Source: Candidatus Hadarchaeota archaeon (GTDB taxonomy: Archaea; Hadarchaeota; Hadarchaeia; Hadarchaeales; JAGGTB01). Taken from it: a stretch of DNA of 64,000 nt. Where the stretch lies: the NCBI GenBank assembly GCA_964399085.1, contig CAYNPN010000001.1, forward strand, positions 43,468 through 107,467, read 5' to 3'. Under the pieces are notes generated by a model, which did not search any database, was not told the DNA's origin, and was given only the letters and a program-made list of their open reading frames with translations. This document shows, in pieces, positions 28,525 to 37,700 of this stretch. Both the position numbers and the translations under genes were made by a program. Every line of letters begins with the position of its first letter. The stretch's first letter is position 1.

Positions 28525-30135
28525 CTAATCCTTCAAAATTCGTTCGTAGGCATCGGATTCCACTTCGTCCATCAGAGGTAAGTCGGTTACTCTCGCTGCT
28601 CTTTCAGTTAGAGCGGCGAGATCATCTCTACCCACCAAGTCCAAATTCCATTTTCGAGTGCCGGCCAGCAGCTGTTGAAGTCCCACTCCTATTCTGTCGT
28701 GGAGATATGTGTAGACCGCTATTGCTCCTGGCGGGATTTTGTCATAGTCCTTTCCGTATTCTTCTTTCAGGTCATCGGTAGTAATGAAGAACTCATCGAT
28801 CTTTGAGCCGTATTTATCTTCAAACTTGGAGGGAAGTCTATCTTCTTCAGCTAATTGCTTGAAGTATCTCCCTTTGAAAGCCGCCGTAATAGGTGCTCTG
28901 GCCATTGTTATTGACTTTATGTATGGTTCATCTCCGAAGTTACTCATGGCAATCGATTTTAACATCTGGGTTTCTTGGATGAAACCTCCCGCCATGCTAA
29001 TATCGGGGACATATTTATTTTCTTCGTCCAAAATCTTTGCACATTTTAGTATCTGTGCTTCTAGGTATACCGTCGGTGTACTCATTTCATTCATCATGGG
29101 AACCGGGCTCATTCCGGTACCTCCACCGGCACCATCGAAAGTAATGTAATCTACTTCTGCCTCGGAGGCTGCCCTCATCGTCCAAGCGACATCGGAGGGT
29201 CTATATGCTCCGGTCTTAAGAGTTACCTTTTTGGCTCCCTTCTCTCTAAGCTGTTCTACATCTTCTATAAAGCCCTTTTCTGTGGGCATACCGACTCTGC
29301 TATGTCGCTCGAAAGATTGGATTATTCCGTCTTTGTAGGCTTCTTTAACAGCTGGCTTCTCCGGATCCGGGAGAACTACATACCCCCTATTCTTTAGAGT
29401 AATAGCTCTGTCAATATCGGGTATTCTCACCTCTCCACCGATAGCTTTGGCTCCCTGACCCCACTTTCTTTCTATAATATTTACTCCTAGATCTGAAATT
29501 ACGTATTCATCTACAGCGGACCTTTCGTCTTCAACGTTAGTTTGAACGGACACGTCTCCGTGTTCCCCGTCCCAGAATTCTCTGTATTTTTCTATTCTGT
29601 ATTCCATATCCTTTGAATAGTCAATTGTGCCTTCGGAGAATTTTGCGTCGGGATCCATTCTGCAGACGTTTTCTCCAATTACCAGTATAGCCCCGGATAA
29701 AGCGGCCCCTATCGATAGGGCGTCCCAGTGCCGTTTGGCGACTTCGGTGGATCCGTAAGCTCCCGAAGCGATTGGGACTTTCAGCGGGATACCTCCCATT
29801 TCCGAGGAGATATCGACGTTGTTAAAGAGCGCTTTGTCCGAATCTTCCTCGATTCCTCTGGCTCCTCGAAGTCTCGATAGGATATTCAGATCTGACCAGT
29901 CCAGACCGTAATTCTTCAATGAAGCTGCGGTGCTAGTTCCGAATTCCTCGGGAATTGGGTAAAGAGTTTCTCTCCCTCGAAAAGCCGATTTACTTACTTC
30001 ACAGAGCACAGGACATTCTTCGATACAAATGGGGCACATTCCACTTGTGGGACTTACATCGCTAACTCTAGTTTTCGTACCCGTAGTTGACATACCGTTC
30101 AGATAGGACGAGTCTTCCTTGACTCTTTCAGTCAT
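28525..30135 (-). CDS. FMN-binding glutamate-synthase-family protein (GltB domain-2-like) with an N-terminal Cys cluster
   Basis: CPICIEECPVLCEV and FDGAGGGTGMSP. The TIM-barrel part is collinear with the GltS FMN domain. Confidence 0.75.
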   Translation of the reverse strand: MTERVKEDSSYLNGMSTTGTKTRVSDVSPTSGMCPICIEECPVLCEVSKSAFRGRETLYPIPEEFGTSTAASLKNYGLDWSDLNILSRLRGARGIEEDSDKALFNNVDISSEMGGIPLKVPIASGAYGSTEVAKRHWDALSIGAALSGAILVIGENVCRMDPDAKFSEGTIDYSKDMEYRIEKYREFWDGEHGDVSVQTNVEDERSAVDEYVISDLGVNIIERKWGQGAKAIGGEVRIPDIDRAITLKNRGYVVLPDPEKPAVKEAYKDGIIQSFERHSRVGMPTEKGFIEDVEQLREKGAKKVTLKTGAYRPSDVAWTMRAASEAEVDYITFDGAGGGTGMSPVPMMNEMSTPTVYLEAQILKCAKILDEENKYVPDISMAGGFIQETQMLKSIAMSNFGDEPYIKSITMARAPITAAFKGRYFKQLAEEDRLPSKFEDKYGSKIDEFFITTDDLKEEYGKDYDKIPPGAIAVYTYLHDRIGVGLQQLLAGTRKWNLDLVGRDDLAALTERAARVTDLPLMDEVESDAYERILKD

Positions 30136-30345
30136 TAATTTATCACCTCGTGTGGTATTATTTCGAGTTTTTTATTCTACGATGAATACTTTAATACATT
30201 CATTTACCAGGGAAATAGGAAACATTTTTCCTAATAAATTTTCTCATACAAAACTGTAAAGACGAAGTTTTGATATTAATATGACTCTTCGAAAGATTTC
30301 TGAAGCAATTTAGTTGATAAGGATATAAGTAAGTAGGGAAATAAC

Positions 30346-31467
30346 TTGTCCGGAAATAAAGTTGGTTTAATTGTCAACCCCATTGCAGGGATGGGTGGAA
30401 AGGTTGGACTGAAAGGCACCGATGGTCCTGAAGTCGTGGAGAAAGCTAGGGGGCTTGGAGCGGAACCCGTTGCCCCCGAGAGGGCTCAAAAAGCTCTTGA
30501 GAAACTCAAGGATTCTAAGATTCAGTTAGATATTCTGACGTGTTCCGACGAGATGGGGGAGAAAGAGGCCAAAAATGCCGGTTTCAGTCCTCAAGTGATT
30601 TTAGAAGTAGTATCCGGAAAAACTAAGCCTCAGGACACCAAGGAAACGGCCAAAAAACTTCTGGATAAGAATGTTGACATAATTTTATTTGCCGGCGGAG
30701 ATGGGACGGCAATAGACATTTCGCACGTAGTTGGAAAGAATGTGCCTCTTCTGGGGATTCCCACTGGAGTTAAAATGCATTCGGCCGTATTCGCAAACAC
30801 TCCCGAGATCGCCGGAAAGCTGGTGTCGAGATATTTGTCCGGAAACGGTCTCCCTTTGCGGGAAGCGGAAGTTATGGACGTGGACGAGGAGGCGTTTAGA
30901 CGGAACGAGCTGGATACTGATTTAAAGGGATTTGCGCTTACCCCCTACGACCCTCGATGGGTGCAGGCGGCCAAATCTCCGACCGTTTCTTCAGGCTCGG
31001 AGAAAGAGGATCAGGAGTCGATAGCCGAGTGGGTCGTCGAGAAGCTTGAAGAAGATAGACTTTATGTCCTAGGGCCCGGGACGACGACCAGGGCCGTGGC
31101 AGAGGAACTGGGCATCTCGGATTTTACCCTTTTGGGCGTCGATTTGATTAGGGGAGGGAAACTGATGGCCAAGGACGTTACTGAAGGAGAAATTTTGGAG
31201 GAGGTAGGGGACGACCCCTCGACGATAATCGTGAGCCCGATCGGCAAGCAGGGATTTATTTTCGGCCGAGGCAATCAGCAGATAAGCCCCCGAGTGATTA
31301 GGAAAGTTGGTACGGACAACCTAATGATTCTGGCTACTCCACAAAAACTCGTGGAGACCTCCATGCTCAAGACCGACACTGGGGACCCGGAATTGGATGA
31401 AGAGTTAAGGGGATACCAAAGAGTTATAATGGGATATGGCACCACTAGACCGGTTCCGGTCAGTTAA
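30346..31467 (+). CDS. ATP-NAD kinase-family protein (COG3199-like)
   Basis: IVNPIAGMGGK and the FAGGDGTAIDI (GGDGT) motif. TTG start. Confidence 0.7.
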   Translation: MSGNKVGLIVNPIAGMGGKVGLKGTDGPEVVEKARGLGAEPVAPERAQKALEKLKDSKIQLDILTCSDEMGEKEAKNAGFSPQVILEVVSGKTKPQDTKETAKKLLDKNVDIILFAGGDGTAIDISHVVGKNVPLLGIPTGVKMHSAVFANTPEIAGKLVSRYLSGNGLPLREAEVMDVDEEAFRRNELDTDLKGFALTPYDPRWVQAAKSPTVSSGSEKEDQESIAEWVVEKLEEDRLYVLGPGTTTRAVAEELGISDFTLLGVDLIRGGKLMAKDVTEGEILEEVGDDPSTIIVSPIGKQGFIFGRGNQQISPRVIRKVGTDNLMILATPQKLVETSMLKTDTGDPELDEELRGYQRVIMGYGTTRPVPVS

Positions 31468-32051
31468 GACACTAACTTATCTTGACAGGTTTTGCAAAGC
31501 GGATCTCCCTTTTTGTCTACGGCGTGGATGTGATTGGAGAAAGACATTACGCATTTGGGATTGTCGCAGTGTCCGAGCCCGAAAGTATGCCCGACCTCGT
31601 GAATGGCCTCCTTTGCTGCACGCTCAAGAAATAGTTTTCGATTTTCTTCGTCCCCGTAAAATCCCGGTTTTAGTCTGTGGAGGGAAATAATTGATATCCT
31701 GCCGTATCGGCGCGCCTGGCCGAAAACGAAATTTAAATTCTTGCTGAACAGGTCCATGGATGTCACTGCGAGGCATTTTTCATTTTCGGAAATTTTTACA
31801 TTTTCGGCCACGTGTTCCAGCATTTTGCCGGCTCTGTATTGACCCCTTTTCTCGTCATAGGCTTCGGAAGGTATTTCTAAATTCGATTTGACGCTAATAT
31901 CGTCTATAACCGAAGGAAATGTTGCTTTGAGAGAATCTGATATTTTGCTCAATGCATCTTGGGGGATATCTCCAATAGGAATTATTTCTATAAGCAATCT
32001 ATCTTGTTGGTTTATTTCTTCCCTATAATTTAAGTGCAAAGCTGCGAACAA
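31464..32051 (-). CDS. amzA: Archaemetzincin (zinc metallopeptidase)
   Basis: HEVGHTFGLGHCDNPKCVMSFSN followed by a C-terminal CKTC zinc site. Confidence 0.88.
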   Translation of the reverse strand: MFAALHLNYREEINQQDRLLIEIIPIGDIPQDALSKISDSLKATFPSVIDDISVKSNLEIPSEAYDEKRGQYRAGKMLEHVAENVKISENEKCLAVTSMDLFSKNLNFVFGQARRYGRISIISLHRLKPGFYGDEENRKLFLERAAKEAIHEVGHTFGLGHCDNPKCVMSFSNHIHAVDKKGDPLCKTCQDKLVS

Positions 32052-32167
32052 ATTAACGATTCATCGGTGTTACCTTGGAGATAAGCTTGGCGGTTCTCAC
32101 ACTCATTTTGTATTTCCCTCCTCCCCGGATAGCTTTTATCAGGTGCCGGCAATAACAGGACGGTAGC

Positions 32168-32653
32168 GTGATGTTGGAAAAAATTTTGGTTCCTATAGAC
32201 TCCATAGAGTGGGACAACACCCTGAACGGGGTCGAGACCGCAATGGAATTTTATGAGGCATGCGGTATAGAGGAGGACCCCGAGCTGATTTTCATCCATG
32301 TCTTTGAAACTGACTCCGGGGTCCCAGTGTCCGAAAAGGACAGAATACGCAAACTTAAGGAGAGCAAGATCAAGGACGAATTTGACACGATAGAGGAAAT
32401 GTGCAGTGAAAGAGGGGTCGAAAATATTAGGACGATCACGAGAGAAGGAGAGCCCGATGAAAAGATCGTGGAGCTTGCCCAAGAAGAAGGCGCGGACATG
32501 ATAGTTATGGGATCCGGAAAGTTGCACGATAGAACCACTAAGGGTAAAATTCAAAAATTTGTCTACGGCAGCGTCACGGAAAACGTGATTCACAAGGCCC
32601 CGTGCTCGGTCTTGGTATCTAGATCCGAATCCCAAAAATTTGAAGAGGAATAA
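32168..32653 (+). CDS. Universal stress protein family
   Basis: ILVPIDS and a C-terminal GSVTENVIHKAPCSVLV. Confidence 0.85.
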   Translation: MMLEKILVPIDSIEWDNTLNGVETAMEFYEACGIEEDPELIFIHVFETDSGVPVSEKDRIRKLKESKIKDEFDTIEEMCSERGVENIRTITREGEPDEKIVELAQEEGADMIVMGSGKLHDRTTKGKIQKFVYGSVTENVIHKAPCSVLVSRSESQKFEEE

Positions 32654-32726
32654 ATTCTCGGCCCCGATAAACGAGAAGCCTTGCCAGGTCGTCCAAGTTT
32701 TTTAGTCAGCTCGCTGAAATACTTGA

Positions 32727-33929
32727 GTGGAGAGAAATATGTACGGAGATATTTTTGAGGAGGAGATGTCGAAGGAGACCGTATTTAAAGATCAGTCGAA
32801 GCTCTCCCCCGACTTCGTTCCCGAGGAGCTGGTCCATCGGGAGGAAGAGTTTAGGAAGCTGACTCAATTCTTTAAACCCGTCTTGGAGAATCAGGCGAGT
32901 CAGAGGGTTCTGGTATCCGGCTCGGTGGGGGTCGGAAAGACGGCTCTCACATCGAGATTTGGCCAAGAACTGGAGTCGGCCGCCAAAAAGCGGGATATGG
33001 ATTTGGTCTACGCCCACGTAAACTGCCGGAAACGGGGGACGCCACAAATGGTTCTCCACAACCTGGCCAGTAATTTTCCCATCAGCGTGCCGAAGAGAGG
33101 ATTCGCACCACAGGAAATTATGGAACATATAGTCGACTATTTGGAGAAGAAGGACGTCTATCTCACCGTAACACTGGATGAACTCGATTACTTTATTCGT
33201 CAGAACGGTCCGGATCTTCTCTATTCCCTTACTCGAGTCGCCGAGGAATCTGGGACCCCCAATAGGTTGAGTATAATTGCCACTTCGTTTTCGCCGGACT
33301 TCCTGAAGTCCCTCGACGAGGCAACGCGCAGCACTTTCATGCACAACCAGATAGATATGGACAGATACAGCGCCGATCAGCTCTACGACATCCTATATCA
33401 GAGGGTAGATCTCGCCTTCAAGCCCAATATGGTCAGAGATGAAGCCATCGACCTCATTTCGAACATTGCATCCCGACGGGGAGATGCAAGATTTGCTCTC
33501 GAGCTCCTATCCTATTCCGGCATGATCGCCAGTCAGGGTGAGATCGTGGAGGTTTCGCCCAATCACGTTAGGAGGGCCAAGTCCGAGATAAACCCGGAGA
33601 TAAGGAAGGATGTCCTTATGGACCTCAGAAAACACGAGCTTCTATCGTTGCTCGCTCTCGCCAGGAGGCTGAAGATATCCGACGAGGCATTCGCCTTGAC
33701 CGGCGATGTGGAGGAGGCCTACAATATAGTCTGTGAGGAGTATCAGGAGAAACCTCGCAAACACGTCCAGTTTTGGAATTATATAAATAAGTTGGAGAAT
33801 TTGGGGATAGTTGATACCGAGAAATCAAGAGGAGGACACAGGGGTAAGAGCCAAAGGATCAGCATTTCCGACGCCCCCCCTGAGATGGTGGAGGAAGAAG
33901 TGGAAAAAATTCTTGAAAGAGGAAATTGA
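32727..33929 (+). CDS. cdc6: Orc1/Cdc6 replication initiator
   Basis: LVHREEEF.KL, Walker A GSVGVGKTA, Walker B TLDELD and a C-terminal winged helix (GKSQRISI). Confidence 0.9.
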   Translation: MERNMYGDIFEEEMSKETVFKDQSKLSPDFVPEELVHREEEFRKLTQFFKPVLENQASQRVLVSGSVGVGKTALTSRFGQELESAAKKRDMDLVYAHVNCRKRGTPQMVLHNLASNFPISVPKRGFAPQEIMEHIVDYLEKKDVYLTVTLDELDYFIRQNGPDLLYSLTRVAEESGTPNRLSIIATSFSPDFLKSLDEATRSTFMHNQIDMDRYSADQLYDILYQRVDLAFKPNMVRDEAIDLISNIASRRGDARFALELLSYSGMIASQGEIVEVSPNHVRRAKSEINPEIRKDVLMDLRKHELLSLLALARRLKISDEAFALTGDVEEAYNIVCEEYQEKPRKHVQFWNYINKLENLGIVDTEKSRGGHRGKSQRISISDAPPEMVEEEVEKILERGN

Positions 33930-33949
33930 TCGTAATCCTACCGAATAGT

Positions 33950-34042
33950 GGGGCGGTGGTCTAGCTAGGTTGAGGACACCAGCTTCGGGACCTTCAAAGG
34001 CGAAAAAGCTGGAGATCCGGGGTTCGAATCCCCGCCGCCCCA
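33950..34042 (+). tRNA. tRNA-Pro (anticodon CGG) with a 17-nt intron (33990-34006) at the canonical 37/38 position
   Basis: Hand fold. Acceptor stem GGGGCGG/CCGCCCC. D stem GTCT/GGAC. Anticodon stem CCAGC/GCTGG. Loop TTCGGG|A. T arm CGGGG-TTCGAAT-CCCCG. Discriminator A. The intron forms a bulge-helix-bulge: UUCG/CGAA 4-bp helix flanked by the 3-nt bulges GGA and AAA. CCA is not encoded. Confidence 0.9.
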
Positions 34043-34107
34043 ATCGAACCTTTTATTCGGTTACTGGGCCCACTCCACCTTAGCTTCATAATGAAGCCTT
34101 GAAAATA

Positions 34108-34139
34108 GGCCGTGTAGTCACCTGCAAGACTACCGGACC
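34108..34139 (+). repeat. Palindromic site A1: ggccgtGTAGTCacctgcaaGACTACcggacc
   Basis: 6-bp perfect (12-bp imperfect) inverted arms around the core ACCTGCAA. This core variant is shared with B2. Confidence 0.8.
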
Positions 34140-34224
34140 ATCCACTTAGTATTATCAATAGCCACCAAGCAAAGAGTAATCTAATATTAGATTTTCACTT
34201 AGAAAGGCATAATCTTGTTTACTC

Positions 34225-34287
34225 CTAAACCATCTGGCTTTTCCAGTAGTCACCTACAAGATGACTGGAAAAGCCGAATAGTTTTAG
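34225..34287 (+). repeat. Palindromic site A2, with 12-bp perfect arms ggcttttccagt/actggaaaagcc around agtcacctacaagatg
   Basis: Read directly from the sequence. The arms extend imperfectly to ~26 bp. The core CTACAAGA is shared with B1. Confidence 0.85.
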
Positions 34288-34788
34288 ATTTTTGTTATAC
34301 TCATAACTAAAAATTGAACTTCTTGTTGATTCTCTAAACAGGGTTTTCTTCTACTTTCTCTAATAATTTCCTGAGATTATTAATTTCTTCAAAATTTAGC
34401 CCATTTAAAATTTCATTTTCGATGCAGAAATTGAAATCCTTAGTAGATTGAACAATTTTTACTTTCCCCTTCCACTGATGTTGTAGGCTTCCAAGCGATT
34501 TTTTCCGAGCAAATAGTCGAGGTATTTTTCCGTCGTGTTCCAGTTCAGGTCGGCGAACCTAACAATTGTATTTTTTACAGTCTTCACTACTCTTCACTGT
34601 CTCCAGAATATCGGCCCCAGTTTTTCCAGCCCCCAACCCATTAAACCATCACAACACCTTTAAAAGACACGGGGGAATAAATGGAAAACAGAAAAATCAG
34701 TTACTTTGTGAACTACTGAGCTCAGGAATAGCTAATATTTTACGAGTAATAAAGTTTTATGAGGAATAAAGGACTCAAAGTGTGTCCT

Positions 34789-35130
34789 TTATTTAAATGT
34801 GTGAATGAAAAACCCATCCCCGGATTTGTTTTCTTTTAGAAAATCTGAAAGTTCTTCTATTTCTACTAAGTTTATGGCTCTGGATGGACAATTTTCAACA
34901 CAAGGAACTATTCCTTTCTTTTCAAATAGCTCCATACATTCATTGCTCTCAACACATGCTCCTGTAGAAAAATGGGAGAATTCAATTCTAGGCCCACTCT
35001 CTGTATCTATAGGACCTTTCTTATCTAAGCTTATTCTTGGGGGGTTATTACCCACCGCCTTACAGCTTGCTACGCAAACACCGTTGCCAATGCATTTCTG
35101 TTGATCTATCACGATTACATGTGTAGCCAT
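34789..35130 (-). CDS. 4Fe-4S ferredoxin-domain protein
   Basis: CIGNGVCVASC and CVENCPSRAI cluster motifs. The stop lies 1 nt from the start of the upstream oxidoreductase gene. Confidence 0.75.
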   Translation of the reverse strand: MATHVIVIDQQKCIGNGVCVASCKAVGNNPPRISLDKKGPIDTESGPRIEFSHFSTGACVESNECMELFEKKGIVPCVENCPSRAINLVEIEELSDFLKENKSGDGFFIHTFK

Positions 35131-35131
35131 T

Positions 35132-37210
35132 TCAGTTAACCCTCTCTATTTTACAAGGGATACCTCTTTCCCCCATGTATCCAGTTACTGGATCTACATT
35201 ATCGTGTATGTCAATAAGGCGTGCTTCCTGATGTTCTCCCCTTGAAGCAATAACTGAGTCTGAGTGCATGCGTTCTGAAACTTTAGCCTTGTATTCTGCA
35301 CTGCCATTTTTTGTCTGAATTTTAATCCAGTCTCCGTCCTTTATCTCTTTTTCTTCAGCTACGCTTTTGTGAATGTAAGCCCGATTCTCCTCTAAAGTCT
35401 CTTCCAGGTCAGTTATTGCTGACCAAGTTGACCAAGAATGTTGTCTTTTCGGAGTAAAACTGGAAAATATCAGTGGGAATTCCTCATTTTGGCGGGGCCA
35501 TTGTTCATCGTGCCAAGTTGGTAGAGGCTCTACTCCAAAGTTTTCTAATATACTGGAGTAGATTTCGACTTTGCCAGTCGGAGTTTTAAACCCTTCCTCT
35601 TCATAAAGCCTTTCTTCTGCCTTTTCACCGACTTTTATAATCCCTTTTTCACGTAGTTCTTCAAATGAAATATATAATGGATCTAACATATAGTTGACAA
35701 TCTCTTTATTGTTTCTAAAGGGGAAATCATCTCCAAATCCCATTTTTTCAGCTAATTCGCCATATAATTCTAATCGCGATTTACATTCTCCAGGTGGTTC
35801 CACTAGTTTCTGCCGGACACTAATTATCCCCTCTTTATTGAAATTGGCTAGAGAGAAATTGTTTCTTTCAAGAAATGTTGTTGACGGGAATATTACGTCT
35901 GCTAGTTCACCGGTTTCGTTCATGTATACGTCATAGACAACAAGCAAATCCAAATTGTTTTTTATTCCCTTAACTGCTTTCTTATAATTAGGTTTTCTAA
36001 CTACGAAATTGCTCGCATCACAAATCAGTGCTTTTATATTTCCTTCCCAAAATTCCTCCATAAATGCGTTATCTATTACAGTTCTTTCTTTTGAGGCATT
36101 GTAAATTGCAGGATACTGTTTATATTTTTCGTGTTTAGGAATATTTCTTTTTTCATGCAAACCAAATCTTTTATCCCCCGTTAAAGTTCGTTCATCTATT
36201 TTCGGTTCTCTGTCCCTGTAAAATTGTTTTGCTCCAATAATATCGATATTTCCTGTTATTGTTTCTAAAATAGAAAGCGCTCGGGCATTTTGAAAGTACT
36301 GTGAGTGATGACAGCTAACATTTGGAGTTATCCAGGCCGGTTTCTTTGAGGCAAATATACGTGCAACTTCTTTAATGGTTTCCGCATCTACATCGGTTAT
36401 TTTTTCTGCCCACTCTGGCTTGTATTTTTTTACGTGTTCTTTGAGTTTATCGAAGCCATAAGTCCAATCTTCTATAAATTCTTTGTCGTAGAGGCCTTCT
36501 TCAATTATGACGTTTATCATTGCGAGAGCCATTGCAAAGTCCGTGTTCGGTCTTATTCTTACCCATTTATCAGCTTTTGATGCTATTGGGGTTAATCTGG
36601 GGTCTATGACTATCAGGTCAGTATCTCCGTTTAAGACAGCGTCTGGAACCCCCATATACGCTTCTAAATTCCCATTCCAAATAATTACCAGCTTAGAGGA
36701 TTTGAAAAAATCGAATGTATCTAGCACATCATATGATGCAGCGCCGAACGTATACATTTCAGATAGAAGGTTTGGTGCATAGCACAGTCCTGATCCATCG
36801 CAATAGTTCGACGAACCAATTGCGTCCATAAACCTTCTGTGTAGACGAAAGCTGTAAGGTTCAGCCTCACATCCAGTAACCAATCCTACCGAATCTGATC
36901 CGTATTCTTCTATTATCTCATTCAGCTTGTTTGCAGTATAATTAATGGCCTTACTCCAAGATACCTCTCTCCACTTTCCTTTTCCCCTCTTTCCATCTCT
37001 AATCAGTGGCTCTGTTAGGCGTTTGTCATCGTATTCAAATTGAGTTGCTGAGGCTCCTTTTGCACAAAGAACTCCACGATTCATTGGATGCTCTTTATTA
37101 CCATAAAGTGACTTGATTTTTCCGTTTTTTAAATGGGCAATCATTCCACATTCTTTTCTACAGATTTTACAAGTAGTTTTTAAAAACTGTTCACGGTTAT
37201 CTGAGCCCAT
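35132..37210 (-). CDS. Molybdopterin (bis-MGD) oxidoreductase, cytoplasmic type
   Basis: N-terminal Fe-S motif CKICRKECGM...C. MopB core and a C-terminal beta-barrel. No twin-arginine leader. 692 aa. Confidence 0.82.
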   Translation of the reverse strand: MGSDNREQFLKTTCKICRKECGMIAHLKNGKIKSLYGNKEHPMNRGVLCAKGASATQFEYDDKRLTEPLIRDGKRGKGKWREVSWSKAINYTANKLNEIIEEYGSDSVGLVTGCEAEPYSFRLHRRFMDAIGSSNYCDGSGLCYAPNLLSEMYTFGAASYDVLDTFDFFKSSKLVIIWNGNLEAYMGVPDAVLNGDTDLIVIDPRLTPIASKADKWVRIRPNTDFAMALAMINVIIEEGLYDKEFIEDWTYGFDKLKEHVKKYKPEWAEKITDVDAETIKEVARIFASKKPAWITPNVSCHHSQYFQNARALSILETITGNIDIIGAKQFYRDREPKIDERTLTGDKRFGLHEKRNIPKHEKYKQYPAIYNASKERTVIDNAFMEEFWEGNIKALICDASNFVVRKPNYKKAVKGIKNNLDLLVVYDVYMNETGELADVIFPSTTFLERNNFSLANFNKEGIISVRQKLVEPPGECKSRLELYGELAEKMGFGDDFPFRNNKEIVNYMLDPLYISFEELREKGIIKVGEKAEERLYEEEGFKTPTGKVEIYSSILENFGVEPLPTWHDEQWPRQNEEFPLIFSSFTPKRQHSWSTWSAITDLEETLEENRAYIHKSVAEEKEIKDGDWIKIQTKNGSAEYKAKVSERMHSDSVIASRGEHQEARLIDIHDNVDPVTGYMGERGIPCKIERVN

Positions 37211-37310
37211 TTAACCGTTTTATATTCTCTTTCAGAAGTTTTATATGGGTTTCGGTTTAGAAAATGGTGCTGATGGTGTGCTGATTCTTCTATTCTAGTT
37301 AGGGTTGCTG

Positions 37311-37340
37311 GACGCCTCCAAACCACGATATGGAGGCGTC
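37311..37340. repeat. Hairpin gacgcctcc-N12-ggaggcgtc, with the same 9-bp stem as 51790-51820
   Basis: tgGACGCCTCC...GGAGGCGTCa is identical at both loci (11 + 10 nt) while the loops differ. Confidence 0.8.
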
Positions 37341-37518
37341 AGACGAAAATTTGACAGAACAAGAAATAAAAGAATTTGCTCTCGAAAGAGTGCCTACCTA
37401 TGCCCATCCTAGAAAATTTTTCTTTAAAGATGAGCTTCCAAAAAGCGGAGTTCTAAAAACAAAACACTTCAAACTGGAGGAAGAGGCCAAAGATCTTCTC
37501 TCGGATCCTCTTGGTTAA
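37330..37518 (+). pseudogene. C-terminal fragment of an AMP-dependent acyl-CoA synthetase
   Basis: LTEQEIKEFALERVPTYAHPRKFFFKDELPKSG..K matches the conserved C-terminal block of adenylate-forming ligases. The apparent ATG is part of the hairpin at 37311-37340. Its orientation is opposite to the intact ligase. Confidence 0.65.
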
Positions 37519-37700
37519 AAGGACAGAATTAACGACTAATACACGTTTCTTAATCCGATGAAATATATATGCCACATCGGTAATGGAGCGTCTGAGCTAT
37601 TTTTCCTATGGTCATCATATCCTGCAATGTTGGCGGGGGGATTACTATATGTTAGAATTCTTACTTTATTTTCAACTTCATAAGTTATTCGGATATTTTT

